DNA of 64,000 nucleotides from contig CAWKFG010000001.1 in assembly GCA_963848965.1 (NCBI GenBank), forward strand, positions 352,001 through 416,000, read 5' to 3'. Source of the DNA: an uncultured bacterium (GTDB taxonomy: Bacteria; Babelota; Babeliae; Babelales; Babelaceae). Shown piece by piece: positions 21,609 through 32,159 of this stretch (the first letter of the stretch is position 1; each line of letters begins with the position of its first letter). A program made the translations under genes and the position numbers. The notes beneath the pieces were generated by a model. That model was given only the letters and a program-made list of their open reading frames with translations, searched no databases and was not told the origin of the DNA.

Positions 21609-22169
21609 ATGAATAAAGTTTATAGCGTTTTTCTACCCATTATCTTACTTGTAAGCACATATACATGGACTTGTGACTTTGAGAAACTTAAAACAGCTGT
21701 TGAGCACAGTGATATCGTAGAAGTTGCTTATCAATTAGCAAGTGGTACAGGTGTGACACTAGAGCAAAAACAAATTCTTTTGGATATAGCCGATAAGAAA
21801 TTGCTAGAAAAAAAAGAAAAGTTTGAAGCTGGTGCTTCTATTTTTAATAAAGATACAGTTATAGGTGCCGGTTTGTTTGCACTTGCAACGACGTTATTGT
21901 TCAAAGGAGCATTGTGGTTCACTCGTTTTACAACTGCAGTAGAGAAAGATAGTCCAAATGAATACCTTCTTACAGGTATAGCAGATAATCAAAAAGCAAC
22001 AATCTATGAGCATGCACGCAAAATTGAGAGAAATGGTGTGTTTGCGCAAATTCCACTTGCAATAGTTGGTCTTTGTAAGCTCTATAAGGGTCTTACTAAA
22101 AAAGAACCTCGTAAGCACTATAGTGATGCTTTTGGAGTAAAAGTTTTACTTGAAAAGCATGTATCATAA
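21609..22169 (+). CDS. Hypothetical membrane/secreted protein
   Basis: ORF with RBS AAGGAG, signal peptide and two hydrophobic segments. Confidence 0.7.
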   Translation: MNKVYSVFLPIILLVSTYTWTCDFEKLKTAVEHSDIVEVAYQLASGTGVTLEQKQILLDIADKKLLEKKEKFEAGASIFNKDTVIGAGLFALATTLLFKGALWFTRFTTAVEKDSPNEYLLTGIADNQKATIYEHARKIERNGVFAQIPLAIVGLCKLYKGLTKKEPRKHYSDAFGVKVLLEKHVS

Positions 22170-22487
22170 CCTATAGTTAAATAATAATAGACAAAAAATA
22201 CCTGCTTTTATCTTTGAATAGCAATCGTAGAGCTTGTAAGTTGCTACTACTGCATACTGGAAATATGAGCTTTATTTATAACATTGCTATGCAAGGATAG
22301 CAGGTATTTTTATTATTTATGGCGTAACTTTTCTTTTTTGCACTGTGATGGCCGATTGGCTGACTAGATTCTTCCCTAAAGTTTATAAGCTATAAGAAGG
22401 AGCTTACGAGATTTTTAGGAAGCATAGTATTATAACTGTGCAAATTGATGTATAATTACAAAAATACTTTAGCTTAGACAACTATTT

Positions 22488-23225
22488 ATGAAAATAAAGA
22501 AGCGGTTAGATCAAAGAGTACAGGAGCTTTATCCACAGTACAGTCGTAATCAAATTCAAAGCTTTATTATGCAAAATAAAGTATTTGTGAATGGTACTGT
22601 TATTTCAAAACCAGGGATTCCTGTCAAAGATGAAGATAATGTTACTGTGCTCGCAGAAGAGCCAAAATATGTGTGCAGGGCAGGGTGGAAACTTGAGAAA
22701 GCCTTAGATATATTTGGCATTGATCCTACAGGCCTTGTTATACTTGACGCAGGGCTTTCTACAGGAGGATTTACTGATTGTTTGCTGCAGCGCGGAGCAG
22801 CACGTGTTTATGGGGTAGATGTAGGGTATGGGCAAGTACATGAAAAGATTCGTCAAGATCCTCGTGTAAGAGTATATGAGCGTACTAATTTACGCTATCT
22901 TAAAAGTCTTCCTGAAAAAGTTGATTTAGTAACGCTTGATCTTTCTTTTATCTCATTACTCAAAGTTATGGATGCTGTCCTAGGTTTAATGAAGGACAAG
23001 GGACAGCTTATAACACTTATTAAACCACAATTTGAGGCTGAGCGACATGAAGTAGGCAAAGGTGGCATTATTAAAGATCCAGAAGTTCATAAGCGAGTAG
23101 TAGAAAAAGTAATAAAAGCAATTGAAGACTATGGCCTTTCCTATCTGGGTAGTATAGAGTCCCCTATTCTAGGTTCTTCTGGTAATAAAGAATTTCTTGC
23201 TTACTTTAAGCGTAGTTCTGCATAA
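22488..23225 (+). CDS. tlyA: TlyA-family rRNA 2'-O-methyltransferase
   Basis: S4 domain, LDAGLSTGGFTDCLLQRGA, LIKPQFE, GNKEFL. Confidence 0.95.
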   Translation: MKIKKRLDQRVQELYPQYSRNQIQSFIMQNKVFVNGTVISKPGIPVKDEDNVTVLAEEPKYVCRAGWKLEKALDIFGIDPTGLVILDAGLSTGGFTDCLLQRGAARVYGVDVGYGQVHEKIRQDPRVRVYERTNLRYLKSLPEKVDLVTLDLSFISLLKVMDAVLGLMKDKGQLITLIKPQFEAERHEVGKGGIIKDPEVHKRVVEKVIKAIEDYGLSYLGSIESPILGSSGNKEFLAYFKRSSA

Positions 23226-23368
23226 AAAACTTCTAGAGACTAACTATAAGAGCCTTTTAGGAAAAAAATGATTGTCTTAATCTGAGCAAATGGTACAATA
23301 GAAAATATAGAGGGGGGTTGTGCATACACAGTACATAGTTTTATAAGCGGATATGCTAAGGGAGATTT

Positions 23369-24952
23369 ATGTTTGGAAAATACACACATTATATTGCTGC
23401 AGGTGTCTTAGTAGTTGCAAGTATAGGAGGTATATCCGTTTATACTGCCATTCAGCATCCTCGTGATTGGCAATATGCTGAAGAAAAAGCGAAGAATACT
23501 GTTGTTCAAGTATTTGCTCAACATATATCCTTTAATTGGCTTGAACCCTATAAAACACCACAGCAGTCTCAAGGAATGGGAACTGCCTTTTTTATTGATA
23601 AAGAAGGACATTTACTCACTAATTTCCATGTAGTTAATCAAGCAAAATCGTTACAAATTAGTATTCCCGCGTTAGGGAAAAAACTTGTTGATGCTACCAT
23701 TATAGGAACTTGTCCAGAGTCTGATGTAGCTTTACTCAAGCTTACTGATGAAGGCCTTGCAGAAGTGCACAAAGTTCTTAAAAAGGTTCCTTATTTGAAA
23801 TTTGGGGATTCAGATGCTCTCTATCGTACACAAGAAGTACTAGCTCTTGGATTTCCTTTAGGATTTAGGTACCTAAAAGGTACAGTAGGAGTAGTTGCAG
23901 GGCGTGAATTTTTAGATGGGATGTGCTATATGCATATTACTGCTCCCATTAACCAGGGTAATTCTGGAGGACCATTATTAAATCGTTTAGGTGAAGTAGT
24001 GGGAATTAATACAGCAGGTATTACTATTTATAATGATGGGCAGAATACAGTAGCAGCTCAGAACGTAGGGTATATTGTTCCTATTAACGATATTAAAACT
24101 TATTTAAAAGCTATGCATACACAGCAGCTTGTACGTAAACCCGTGTTTGGTATCTCGCATAATAATAGTACACTTGAACTTACTCGTTCATTAAATAATC
24201 CGCTACCTGGTGGACTCTATATCAATGATGTAATAAAGGATTCAGTAGCTGATAAGATGGATGTAAAAGTTGGTGATATGCTCTATGAAATAAATGGATT
24301 TACCGTTGATCAGTTTGGTGACGTGAGCGTAGAGTGGCGCAGTTCAGAACAGGTATCACTTGAAGAGTTTTTTGTTCGTTTGCCTATTGGAGCACCTTTA
24401 AGCTTAGTAATGTATAGAAAAGGCAAAAAAATAGTACTTAAAGGCACTTACCAGGAAGTAGTACCGTTGCCTATTCGTTTTATTTATCCAGATTTTGAAT
24501 ATGAAGCTATTGACTATGAGATGTTTGGTGGTCTTTGTATTCAGCAGCTGCGTGTTAACCACTTTAAGTACCTTCCACAAACACCTTTGTTACAGGAGTA
24601 TATGCGTCCAGACAAGCAGAATGAAGAAATACTTGTAGTAACTCGCATTCTCCCAGGCTCCTATATGGATAAGATTCGTTGCTTCTATGATGGAGTTTTA
24701 CTTGAAGAAGTAAATGAAACACCAGTAAAAAATCTTAAAGAGCTCAGAAAAGCTCTTGAAAGCGGTATAAAAAAGGGTGAAGTTGCCCTAAAAACAAAAG
24801 ATAAGATTTACACAGTAGTATCTTTAGATGCAGTTATACAAGATGAAGAACGTATAGCTCGTGATTTTGTCTTTACTCTTACTAAAACTATGCAAGCGTT
24901 GAAAGAGGGTCGTAAAGCTTTAAACGCTTCTGCTAAAAAAGATAAACAATAG
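23369..24952 (+). CDS. HtrA/Deg-family serine protease with PDZ domains
   Basis: TNFHVV, DVALLK, INQGNSGGP. Confidence 0.92.
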   Translation: MFGKYTHYIAAGVLVVASIGGISVYTAIQHPRDWQYAEEKAKNTVVQVFAQHISFNWLEPYKTPQQSQGMGTAFFIDKEGHLLTNFHVVNQAKSLQISIPALGKKLVDATIIGTCPESDVALLKLTDEGLAEVHKVLKKVPYLKFGDSDALYRTQEVLALGFPLGFRYLKGTVGVVAGREFLDGMCYMHITAPINQGNSGGPLLNRLGEVVGINTAGITIYNDGQNTVAAQNVGYIVPINDIKTYLKAMHTQQLVRKPVFGISHNNSTLELTRSLNNPLPGGLYINDVIKDSVADKMDVKVGDMLYEINGFTVDQFGDVSVEWRSSEQVSLEEFFVRLPIGAPLSLVMYRKGKKIVLKGTYQEVVPLPIRFIYPDFEYEAIDYEMFGGLCIQQLRVNHFKYLPQTPLLQEYMRPDKQNEEILVVTRILPGSYMDKIRCFYDGVLLEEVNETPVKNLKELRKALESGIKKGEVALKTKDKIYTVVSLDAVIQDEERIARDFVFTLTKTMQALKEGRKALNASAKKDKQ

Positions 24953-24959
24953 TACTTTC

Positions 24960-24986
24960 AGGGGCAGATTTACTGCCCCTTATTTT
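24960..24986 (+). terminator. Rho-independent terminator
   Basis: AGGGGCAG-attta-CTGCCCCT-tatttt. Confidence 0.8.
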
Positions 24987-25047
24987 ATCGCTTAAGCCCC
25001 TTAAAACTGGCTTTTTTTGGTAGGTATGATACTATTAGAGTAGAAGT

Positions 25048-25123
25048 GCGCCCGTAGCTCAAAGGATAGAGCGCCAGACTTCGAATCTGTAGGCTGTAGG
25101 TTCGAGTCCTACCGGGCGCGCCA
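25048..25123 (+). tRNA. tRNA-Arg(TCG); integration site
   Basis: Acceptor stem GCGCCCG/CGGGCGC, D arm TAGCTCA, anticodon loop CT-TCG-AA, T loop GGTTCGAGTCC, encoded CCA. Confidence 0.95.
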
Positions 25124-26569
25124 TGCTTGACGATCGTTACAATTTATGATTGCATCAAAGGGTTTTCTCACGTCGTAGAGCACTTTTTCATCACTTACCC
25201 GTAAGTTCAGAAGTACGAGAGTGATTAAGAGTCTCCTTTCTTCAACTTCAGAACTCATAAATAAGTCGTATGCTCGATTTGCTAGATCTAGTATATATTT
25301 TGCTGTTATAAAGTAGTTGTCTTGAGCTTCTTGAAATTGCTCAAGTCGGATACTAACATCGATGCTCTCATCCTTAATCATTTGGTAAAATCTGTCATAC
25401 TCGCTATCAGTAATTCTCCCTTTAAGTCTATCAAGGTAAAGATTATCCATCATAGTAGTAAGAGTTTTTTGTCTTTCGTTAAGTTTCTCGACCTCTTTAT
25501 TATGGAAATCCATCTTTTCTTGCTGAACAGCATTCAACGTATCGACAATAGTGGTTAAAATATCTTTAGGTACATGTAAATTTTTAAAAACGGTTGCAAC
25601 TTGCTCAGTAATTGCCTCTTCTCGGAGCCATTTAGCGCCATGTTTGCCCTTAGATTGTGTGCAATGGTAATAGATATAGCCTTTATGTTTTTCAGGAGTT
25701 ATTGCTAGTCCACAGTCTGCGCAGCGTAAAAGACCTCTATAGATATAAGGTAAGCCCGCAAACTTAAATGGTTTTTTATTAAAGCCTTCTTTAACTTGTT
25801 GTACTTGTTCAAAAAGGGAGGGGCTGATAATTATGGGATAACGATGAGGATATTCCTTATTATTCCATTTCATAACGCCACAATAGAAAGTATTTTTAAG
25901 AATGTGATCAAGAAAGCCTTTAGACCAATTAAGGCCATAGGTGTCTTTTATTTTCTGGCATAATAATTGCATAGAGTAAGCACGAGATGCATAAAGCTCA
26001 AAGATCTTTTGGACTATGCCAGCTTCATAATCATCTACAATTATGTCAGTCTTTTCATCATCTTTAGTAATGTTTTTGTAACCGTAGGGCGCCTTTGATG
26101 GCCATTCTCCTTTACGTAGCTTTTGTTCAATAGCTCTTTTAACGTTGTCGCTTATAGCATCTGAATAATACTTTGCTAACCCAAGACTGATACTAAATTG
26201 AAACTTTTCTACAGCAGAAATGCGGCTATTAATTACCTGCCCATCAGAGGCAAAGTGCAGTTCTATCTCATCACGTAGGGCTTTTTCATAAAGGATGGAG
26301 ATACGTTTATCAAAGACATTGCGAGAAAGTCGGTCAACTTTATCGCAGCAGATGGCAACTTTTTCTTGTTGGTTTAAGATAAAGTCGATAATGCGATCAA
26401 AATCGGATCTATCGTTAGAATAGGCGCTTTCATCAAAACTACAAACTTTTATAACTTGAAAGCCTTTGCTTTGGCAGTATCTTTCAAGGCGGGCAATTTG
26501 AGCAGGCAAAGAGTTACCAGCTTCCTTTTGTTCTTCAGTACTTACTCGAGCGATAAGAATAGCCTTCAT
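25109..26569 (-). CDS. Large serine recombinase (integrase); 3' end overlaps the tRNA
   Basis: ARVSTEEQ catalytic Ser, DRLSR, APYGY, recombinase domain, Zn ribbon CADCG...YYHC, coiled coil; last codons WRAR* are antisense to the tRNA 3' end. Confidence 0.93.
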   Translation of the reverse strand: MKAILIARVSTEEQKEAGNSLPAQIARLERYCQSKGFQVIKVCSFDESAYSNDRSDFDRIIDFILNQQEKVAICCDKVDRLSRNVFDKRISILYEKALRDEIELHFASDGQVINSRISAVEKFQFSISLGLAKYYSDAISDNVKRAIEQKLRKGEWPSKAPYGYKNITKDDEKTDIIVDDYEAGIVQKIFELYASRAYSMQLLCQKIKDTYGLNWSKGFLDHILKNTFYCGVMKWNNKEYPHRYPIIISPSLFEQVQQVKEGFNKKPFKFAGLPYIYRGLLRCADCGLAITPEKHKGYIYYHCTQSKGKHGAKWLREEAITEQVATVFKNLHVPKDILTTIVDTLNAVQQEKMDFHNKEVEKLNERQKTLTTMMDNLYLDRLKGRITDSEYDRFYQMIKDESIDVSIRLEQFQEAQDNYFITAKYILDLANRAYDLFMSSEVEERRLLITLVLLNLRVSDEKVLYDVRKPFDAIINCNDRQAWRAR

Positions 26570-26696
26570 ATTTGACTCACGTTATGAAACTAAATTTATT
26601 ATTCTCTACTTATTTTATCATAATGTGAACTGTTTCTATAGGCTTAAATATAAGTGATTGGTTGGGCTTTTGCCATAATCAATCAAGTATCATCTC

Positions 26697-26730
26697 TTGA
26701 CTTTGTGTCGCTTATATAAGACAATATATA
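26697..26730 (+). promoter_or_regulatory. Toxin-antitoxin promoter/operator
   Basis: TTGACT -35 followed by imperfect palindrome TGTCgCTTATATAAGACA upstream of the toxin. Confidence 0.5.
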
Positions 26731-26741
26731 GTATGAGCAGT

Positions 26742-27071
26742 ATGATACAAATTATTTTTTACACTACATCTACGGGAAAGAAGCCTTTTATTGAGTGGCA
26801 AGATGAGCTTGATGTAAAAGCTAAATCAGTTGTCATTACAAGACTTGCTAGAGTAAGATTAGGCAACTTTGGTGACTGTAAACAAATTAAAGAAGGAAAT
26901 GGCATTTGGGAGCTTCGTATTGATTACGGTCCAGGGTATAGAATTTACTTTGGTAAAAGAGGGACAACCGTTGTCGTCTTATTAATAGGTGGGGATAAAG
27001 GAAGCCAAAGTCGTGATATTGCAAAAGCAAAAAGGTATTGGCTCGAATATAAGGGATCCGAATATGAATAA
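26742..27071 (+). CDS. RelE/ParE-family addiction module toxin
   Basis: RLGNFGDCK, ELRIDYGPGYRIYF, GGDKGSQSRDI. Confidence 0.9.
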   Translation: MIQIIFYTTSTGKKPFIEWQDELDVKAKSVVITRLARVRLGNFGDCKQIKEGNGIWELRIDYGPGYRIYFGKRGTTVVVLLIGGDKGSQSRDIAKAKRYWLEYKGSEYE

Positions 27072-27369
27072 AAAAAGAGAACATATACATTATCAAGAAT
27101 GGTTATCGGAAGAGCTTAAAGATCCAAAATTGGCGCTTGCCTACCTTAATGAGGCGCTTAAAGATGAGGATCAAAGAGTATTATTATTAGCTTTAAAAGA
27201 TGTCCTTGAAGCACAAGGAAGTAGTATGACTGCACTTGCTGAGGAAGCAAACTTAAATCGTCAGAACCTCTATCGTATGCTTTCCAGGAAAGGAAATCCT
27301 CGCTGGGATAATTTATCTTCTTTGTTTAACGCTCTTGGCTATCAAGTACAACTTTCATTAAAAAAATAA
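27064..27369 (+). CDS. Addiction module antidote (HTH)
   Basis: AYLNEAL...LALKDV...LNRQNLYRMLSRKGNP; overlaps the toxin stop. Confidence 0.88.
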   Translation: MNKKREHIHYQEWLSEELKDPKLALAYLNEALKDEDQRVLLLALKDVLEAQGSSMTALAEEANLNRQNLYRMLSRKGNPRWDNLSSLFNALGYQVQLSLKK

Positions 27370-27502
27370 AAGTATTTAAGTCTTATAAGTTTACGATTCT
27401 TAGTGCGAGAAGCTAATAGCGTTAGAATTAAGCTACTGAGTCAAAAATTTCAGAGTATAGCTTAGTTTATTTAAGTACTGCTTTAATGGATGGAGGCCAG
27501 TC

Positions 27503-27658
27503 ATGAAATGCGCAGTAAATTATAAAGAAGGGTTACTAGAAAGATTAAAAGATCCTGAATACAGCGTGGCTTATTTAAATGCTTGTTTAGAGGATGAGGA
27601 CCCTCGAGTATTTTTGCTTGCACTTAAAGATGTTATCGAAGCTTATGATAAAGCTTAA
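27503..27658 (+). pseudogene. Truncated antidote paralogue
   Basis: LKDPEYSVAYLNACLEDEDPRVFLLALKDV matches the first half of 27064-27369; HTH missing. Confidence 0.75.
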
Positions 27659-28776
27659 AGTTTTGTCAGTTTTAACGGTTTAAACGTTATTATATGTTCA
27701 CGTATTGTGTTAAAGGGGCTTTGATTCAGCGGTAGCTTTATCTTATTTACATCGGCCATAAGGCGATACCAGCCTCTTTTATTGGAGTGTGCAAACATAG
27801 CTCTTAATTCTCGTATAGTTACTAATTCAAGGGCTTGTTTTAGACCATATATTTGTAGAATATGCTTTGGATTAAGATCAAGGTTGTTTAATATTAAAGC
27901 TGAGAGTGAGGCTTTTCCATTTGGTGCTCTATAGTCAAGCAAAGTTGGTCTTTTGCTTTCTAGCTCATCAAGGTAATGCAATAGTACCTTTTTTGAAGTA
28001 GAGATCTTGAAGAGACTTTTAAATGTTAAATCTGATTTAATGTTTAAAGTTTTAAAAAGCTGCTTGATTTTCTGACGCTTATTTAAACGAACTTCCATAC
28101 GTAGGATTTCTAATTTTTTTCTTTGTCGCAATGTACCAAAGATATTAAGCTGTATGGCGCTATCTTTTTCTAATGCTCGTTTGCTGCTTTGTTTTGCCTT
28201 TTCAAGATCTTTAATCTTATCGTAAAATGCAACTTCATAAGAGTTACAGTGCCATTTATAGCCATGACCTTCATTGCGATAATCTGTTTGGTTCACATCA
28301 AGCGATAGTTTTATATTAGCTTCTTTGATTTTATTAATGTAATGATAGGGAGTAGAGCCATCTGTTAGGGTAATGTTTTTAGAGTAATGAATGGCATTGA
28401 TTGAAGCTTTAGCAAGTGCTGGAGCAGAAGTTACTACGCCCATTGTTTCTAGAACTGCGGTTAATTTTTGAGTAACCAATGAGAAATCTTTGCTTTGTAG
28501 CTCATCAAAGTTATTACCGAACAATAATTTGGGCAGCGATAACTCTACTTTAAGTATTACTTCTAGTTTATCTTTAGAGTTAATCTGCTTAAAGAGGGTA
28601 AGCCGTGGTTTATATATACTATTAAGTAACTCTTTTTTGGTTGGGTTTTGCTTTGATTGCATGTAAATAGAGCCTGAAGAATTATCTAGAATCCATCGGG
28701 CAGATGGTTTAAAATTATCTGGAGCCTTAATGTTAAATGTATCGCTGCTTAACATTAAGATGATGGTATCAATCAT
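27655..28776 (-). CDS. Putative rolling-circle replication initiator (phage/plasmid gene II/X, Rep_trans-like)
   Basis: MIDTI start, SLPKLLFGNN, FYDK (candidate catalytic Tyr), LRMEVRL. Confidence 0.7.
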   Translation of the reverse strand: MIDTIILMLSSDTFNIKAPDNFKPSARWILDNSSGSIYMQSKQNPTKKELLNSIYKPRLTLFKQINSKDKLEVILKVELSLPKLLFGNNFDELQSKDFSLVTQKLTAVLETMGVVTSAPALAKASINAIHYSKNITLTDGSTPYHYINKIKEANIKLSLDVNQTDYRNEGHGYKWHCNSYEVAFYDKIKDLEKAKQSSKRALEKDSAIQLNIFGTLRQRKKLEILRMEVRLNKRQKIKQLFKTLNIKSDLTFKSLFKISTSKKVLLHYLDELESKRPTLLDYRAPNGKASLSALILNNLDLNPKHILQIYGLKQALELVTIRELRAMFAHSNKRGWYRLMADVNKIKLPLNQSPFNTIREHIITFKPLKLTKL

Positions 28777-29489
28777 AGACTTTATGCCATACGTTAGTGT
28801 TCGATAGTATCTTTTTAAAGATAAAGCAGCTGCTAATAAAAACAAGGGGTAGTAAACCTTATGATTTATTGATTATTACGAGTGTTGAAATAATGCTTCT
28901 AACCCAATTTTACGTGTGTATCAATGGAAATAGCTCAAAATTATTTATGGTAAGTCTTTTTTTGTCTGTGATATAAAACCATTAAGCCTTATCAGATAGT
29001 TTATTCCAATTAATTTGTGAAATCGTTTTTTCTTCTGAGTCATTGAAAAACCTTATTAATTGGCATGTTATGATCACTTTTTTGATAAACAGCTTGCTAT
29101 GCTCTAAATTGTTGTTCAATATACTGAACAACAATAATTGCCTTATCGAGCAGAGTTGGCTATCTAAACTATAGCGAATTAAGCTCTTAGTTTTTTGGAC
29201 AGCGCCAATGATAGAAGGTTCTACAGAGACTATGTAAGCGCTATGGCTGTTGCTATGAGAGACCCAAAGAACAGAGTGCAGTATGAGCTACATGATATCT
29301 TCTTGTAAAAGTTATGCTCTTATATTAGAATGAACGTTGTAAAATACTATCCTCTTTATCTATTAAATTTAGCTGGCTTACAATACAACCTAACAATAAG
29401 GTGTTAGATCACCAACATAAACTTGATTACTGGCTTAAAGCTTTCAATGAATAAGTGATGATAAAGTTAGCATAAGAAAAGGCTCTTAT

Positions 29490-30184
29490 ATGAGTTTACT
29501 TAAGAAAATAGATGCGAGCCATAGTGCAAGGGCTACGTTAGGAATAATCTATATTCTTTGGGTATGTATAGCATGGTCAATTGTTGGGTTTTATAAATTC
29601 TTTTTCTATTCAGAGATATTCAATTTAGATCCGTTAATAAGTACGATGGCCAAAGAGCTAACTCGCTTTTTCGTTTTTATTGGGCCTATTCTCATTTTTA
29701 TACTGTATAATATAAAAAAACCGTGGTATAGATGGCTGGGATTGTATGGATATAGGAGAGGGGCTCTATTTATAAAACAACTGTCTTAGCAATTCTCTAT
29801 AGTGTGATTGGTTCACTTATTAATATCTATGGTTTTCATAAAACTGCTCACCTTTCATCAATTTCACCGACATTTTGGCTTACAGCTTTCTCCTTGAGTA
29901 TTATTATGGAAGAGCTTGCTTTTCGCGGTTTTTTGTTTTACTTATTTGAAGGGTGGAATAAAAATGTAATCGTGCTAGTAACATCATTAGCGTTTGCTGC
30001 AAAACATATTCCAGGGTGGTTCTTTTTTCCTGGAGAACTAAGTCCGCTAGGATTCGTTAGTGACTTTTGTATGGTTTTTTTTGTAGGTTGTATCTTAGGG
30101 TATCTCTATCTAGCAACGCATTCTATCTGGGCAACATCATTAATTCATGGCATCAATAACTTGATTGTTGAGCTATTCAAATAA
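29490..30184 (+). pseudogene. Frameshifted CPBP (CAAX/Abi) intramembrane protease
   Basis: EELAFRG, FAAKH and HGINN in the second ORF; first ORF supplies N-terminal TM helices. Confidence 0.75.
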
Positions 30185-30261
30185 TTTCGTGTTTTCCAGC
30201 GCTTTATTAGAGTAGCTATATGCTTGTACAAATTTAAATGATTAACTGTTAACTATAGGGC

Positions 30262-30453
30262 TTAATACCAAAAAAAGAGAAGCCTGGATAGTTGGGAGGG
30301 TGGTCTTGATCTTAACCTGGTTATCCGTAAACATGCTGTATAAGTAACCCCTGAAGGGTTTTCTAACGACCATCGAGCTGATGGTTCAACCTCCGCAGGG
30401 GCATTAATCTGGAGTAATTTATTGCTTAGAAGTAGAATTATAGTGTCAGCCAT
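30262..30453 (-). pseudogene. N-terminal fragment of a Rep paralogue
   Basis: MADTIILLLSNKLLQINAPAEVEPSARW aligns with MIDTIILMLSSDTFNIKAPDNFKPSARW. Confidence 0.8.
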
Positions 30454-30686
30454 CTACTTATAATGTGTTTAGAGAAACAGTAATAGAAAGCAGTTAATAA
30501 TAAAAGAAAGAGCAAGTAAATCCTATCTTTAGATTTACGGCCTTTATTAAGGCTCTTTTGCTTTTCACTTATACGCTTCTCTATTGTTCCAAGTAAAAGG
30601 AAAAGATTTGTAAGGATTGAAGGTTCTCCATTGCTTACAGCTGGGTTTATTGTTATAGATTGTATTTTTGCTGCTTTCATAAACAA
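30438..30686 (-). CDS. Small hypothetical protein upstream of the Rep remnant
   Basis: Basic, hydrophobic C-terminus; overlaps the Rep remnant start. Confidence 0.4.
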   Translation of the reverse strand: MFMKAAKIQSITINPAVSNGEPSILTNLFLLLGTIEKRISEKQKSLNKGRKSKDRIYLLFLLLLTAFYYCFSKHIISRWLTL

Positions 30687-31001
30687 ACTCTCAAAATGAT
30701 GACCCTTAGGTCACCGTAAAGGTTAAACAGATTAAACTTGAATCTTAAAGTTAAGAAAACTTGGCTGTTACATTAGTAAGTTGGCGTTAAATAGCTATCG
30801 TATTGGGCTTTTGCCCAATGATAGGTGGTTCTAAAACAACGTTAACGAGAGTTATAAATGCCGCTATAAAAAGGTTCACAGCACATGGTAATGGATGATA
30901 TATAGTCATGGTATCTCCAAGCTTGTTTTTAAGTTTTTTATACTATTTCATGTTGTTCTAGATATTAATTAACCTCATTGTTATTTATTGTAGCAACAAC
31001 A

Positions 31002-31658
31002 TTATTCAGAGATTCTATTGCTTGCTGAACCTCCCCTACGGCGTTTTTTTTGTATTATCTCTTGAATTTTAGCTAGGGAGGCACCATGGCGAAGTAAGAA
31101 GCGTATTGTTTCTATATAGGCTGCAAGCTCTTGTGTTGTATTCGCTTGAAGCTTTAATACTTGAGATGTTTTAGGTAATGATTTCATTGTTTCCTTTTTT
31201 GTTGGTTTTATGGAGAACTTTATTTCTTGTACTTTCTTTCCTTGATAGACATATTCAACATCTACTTTTAGTTCAGCATTTTGATTAACTTCTGTTATTG
31301 CCTTTTTTAAGACAAAGCGATCAAAATCCTTAAAGTATTGATACTCATGAGATAGTAGACCTAGGTAATCACGAAGTACCTCTACTGAAAGAGTAGGTGC
31401 TTGATGTTCTTCAAGGAAGCATAAACATAACTCATAAAGAGCGAGAGTATATTTACAGGCAAACGTACGTTGAAGCTCTAAGTCTAGCTTGATAGGATGC
31501 CCACAGTATTTAAAAAGATGCTTTACCTCTTGGGAGTATTTGTAATAGCAAGTACCATTATCAAAATATATTGACTCTAAGAGATTAAAGGGCTTTTTTA
31601 AAGGGTTACCAGCGCCTAGAAGGACCACTCCATGTGTAGATGTTATGTCTAAAAGCAA
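31002..31658 (-). pseudogene. Rep_3/RepB-type plasmid replication initiator, 5'-degraded
   Basis: YTLALYELC, LRDYLGL, YQYFKDFDRFVLKKAITEVN, GKKVQEIKF; no clear start. Confidence 0.7.
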
Positions 31659-32159
31659 AGCTTGCTCTTTAACATAACGGGCATTATATGTTTCTAGGTA
31701 GTTTAATGACTCTTTGAAGGATACTTGATGGTAGTGATTAGGAGAGAGGTTATGAGAGGAGTAATCTAATAAAGTAGTTGGTTAACTTTTGTTGGAGTAA
31801 ATTATAGCGATGAGATATGGGTATTAAGGAATAGGGCTTTATTAAATAGCTCTCCATAGTATCTCCTATGATATAAAGTTAATAAAAGTTTTTATTAGAT
31901 TAGCCAAAAGCAAAAGAAAGTCAACGTACAGATAGGGCTTACGCATGAAAAATTACGAGGATCCTATCTCTCAAGCATTCTGAAACATGTCCATTAAAAT
32001 ATACATATAACTTTTGGTAATTTATGTGCTTTAGTTTTAAGTGATTACAGTAGTATAGGCAATAAAGTTAAAACCAAAGGGAACTACAAGGTCCTCTTTA
32101 ACTTTTTTTAATAACGTCGGCGTAATAGTGACATTGCACTCTTGCGCGTCAAAGTCAAC

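Noticed and set aside
26662..30824. TTGGGCTTTTGCC at 26662 and in a hairpin at ~30795-30824 as a Rep nick site
   Set aside because: Only a 13-bp match with no known dso consensus recognised; insufficient support
31970..32000. Possible sixth att-like tail (minus strand LMDMFQN)
   Set aside because: Weak similarity, no CCA core, early stop; could be chance
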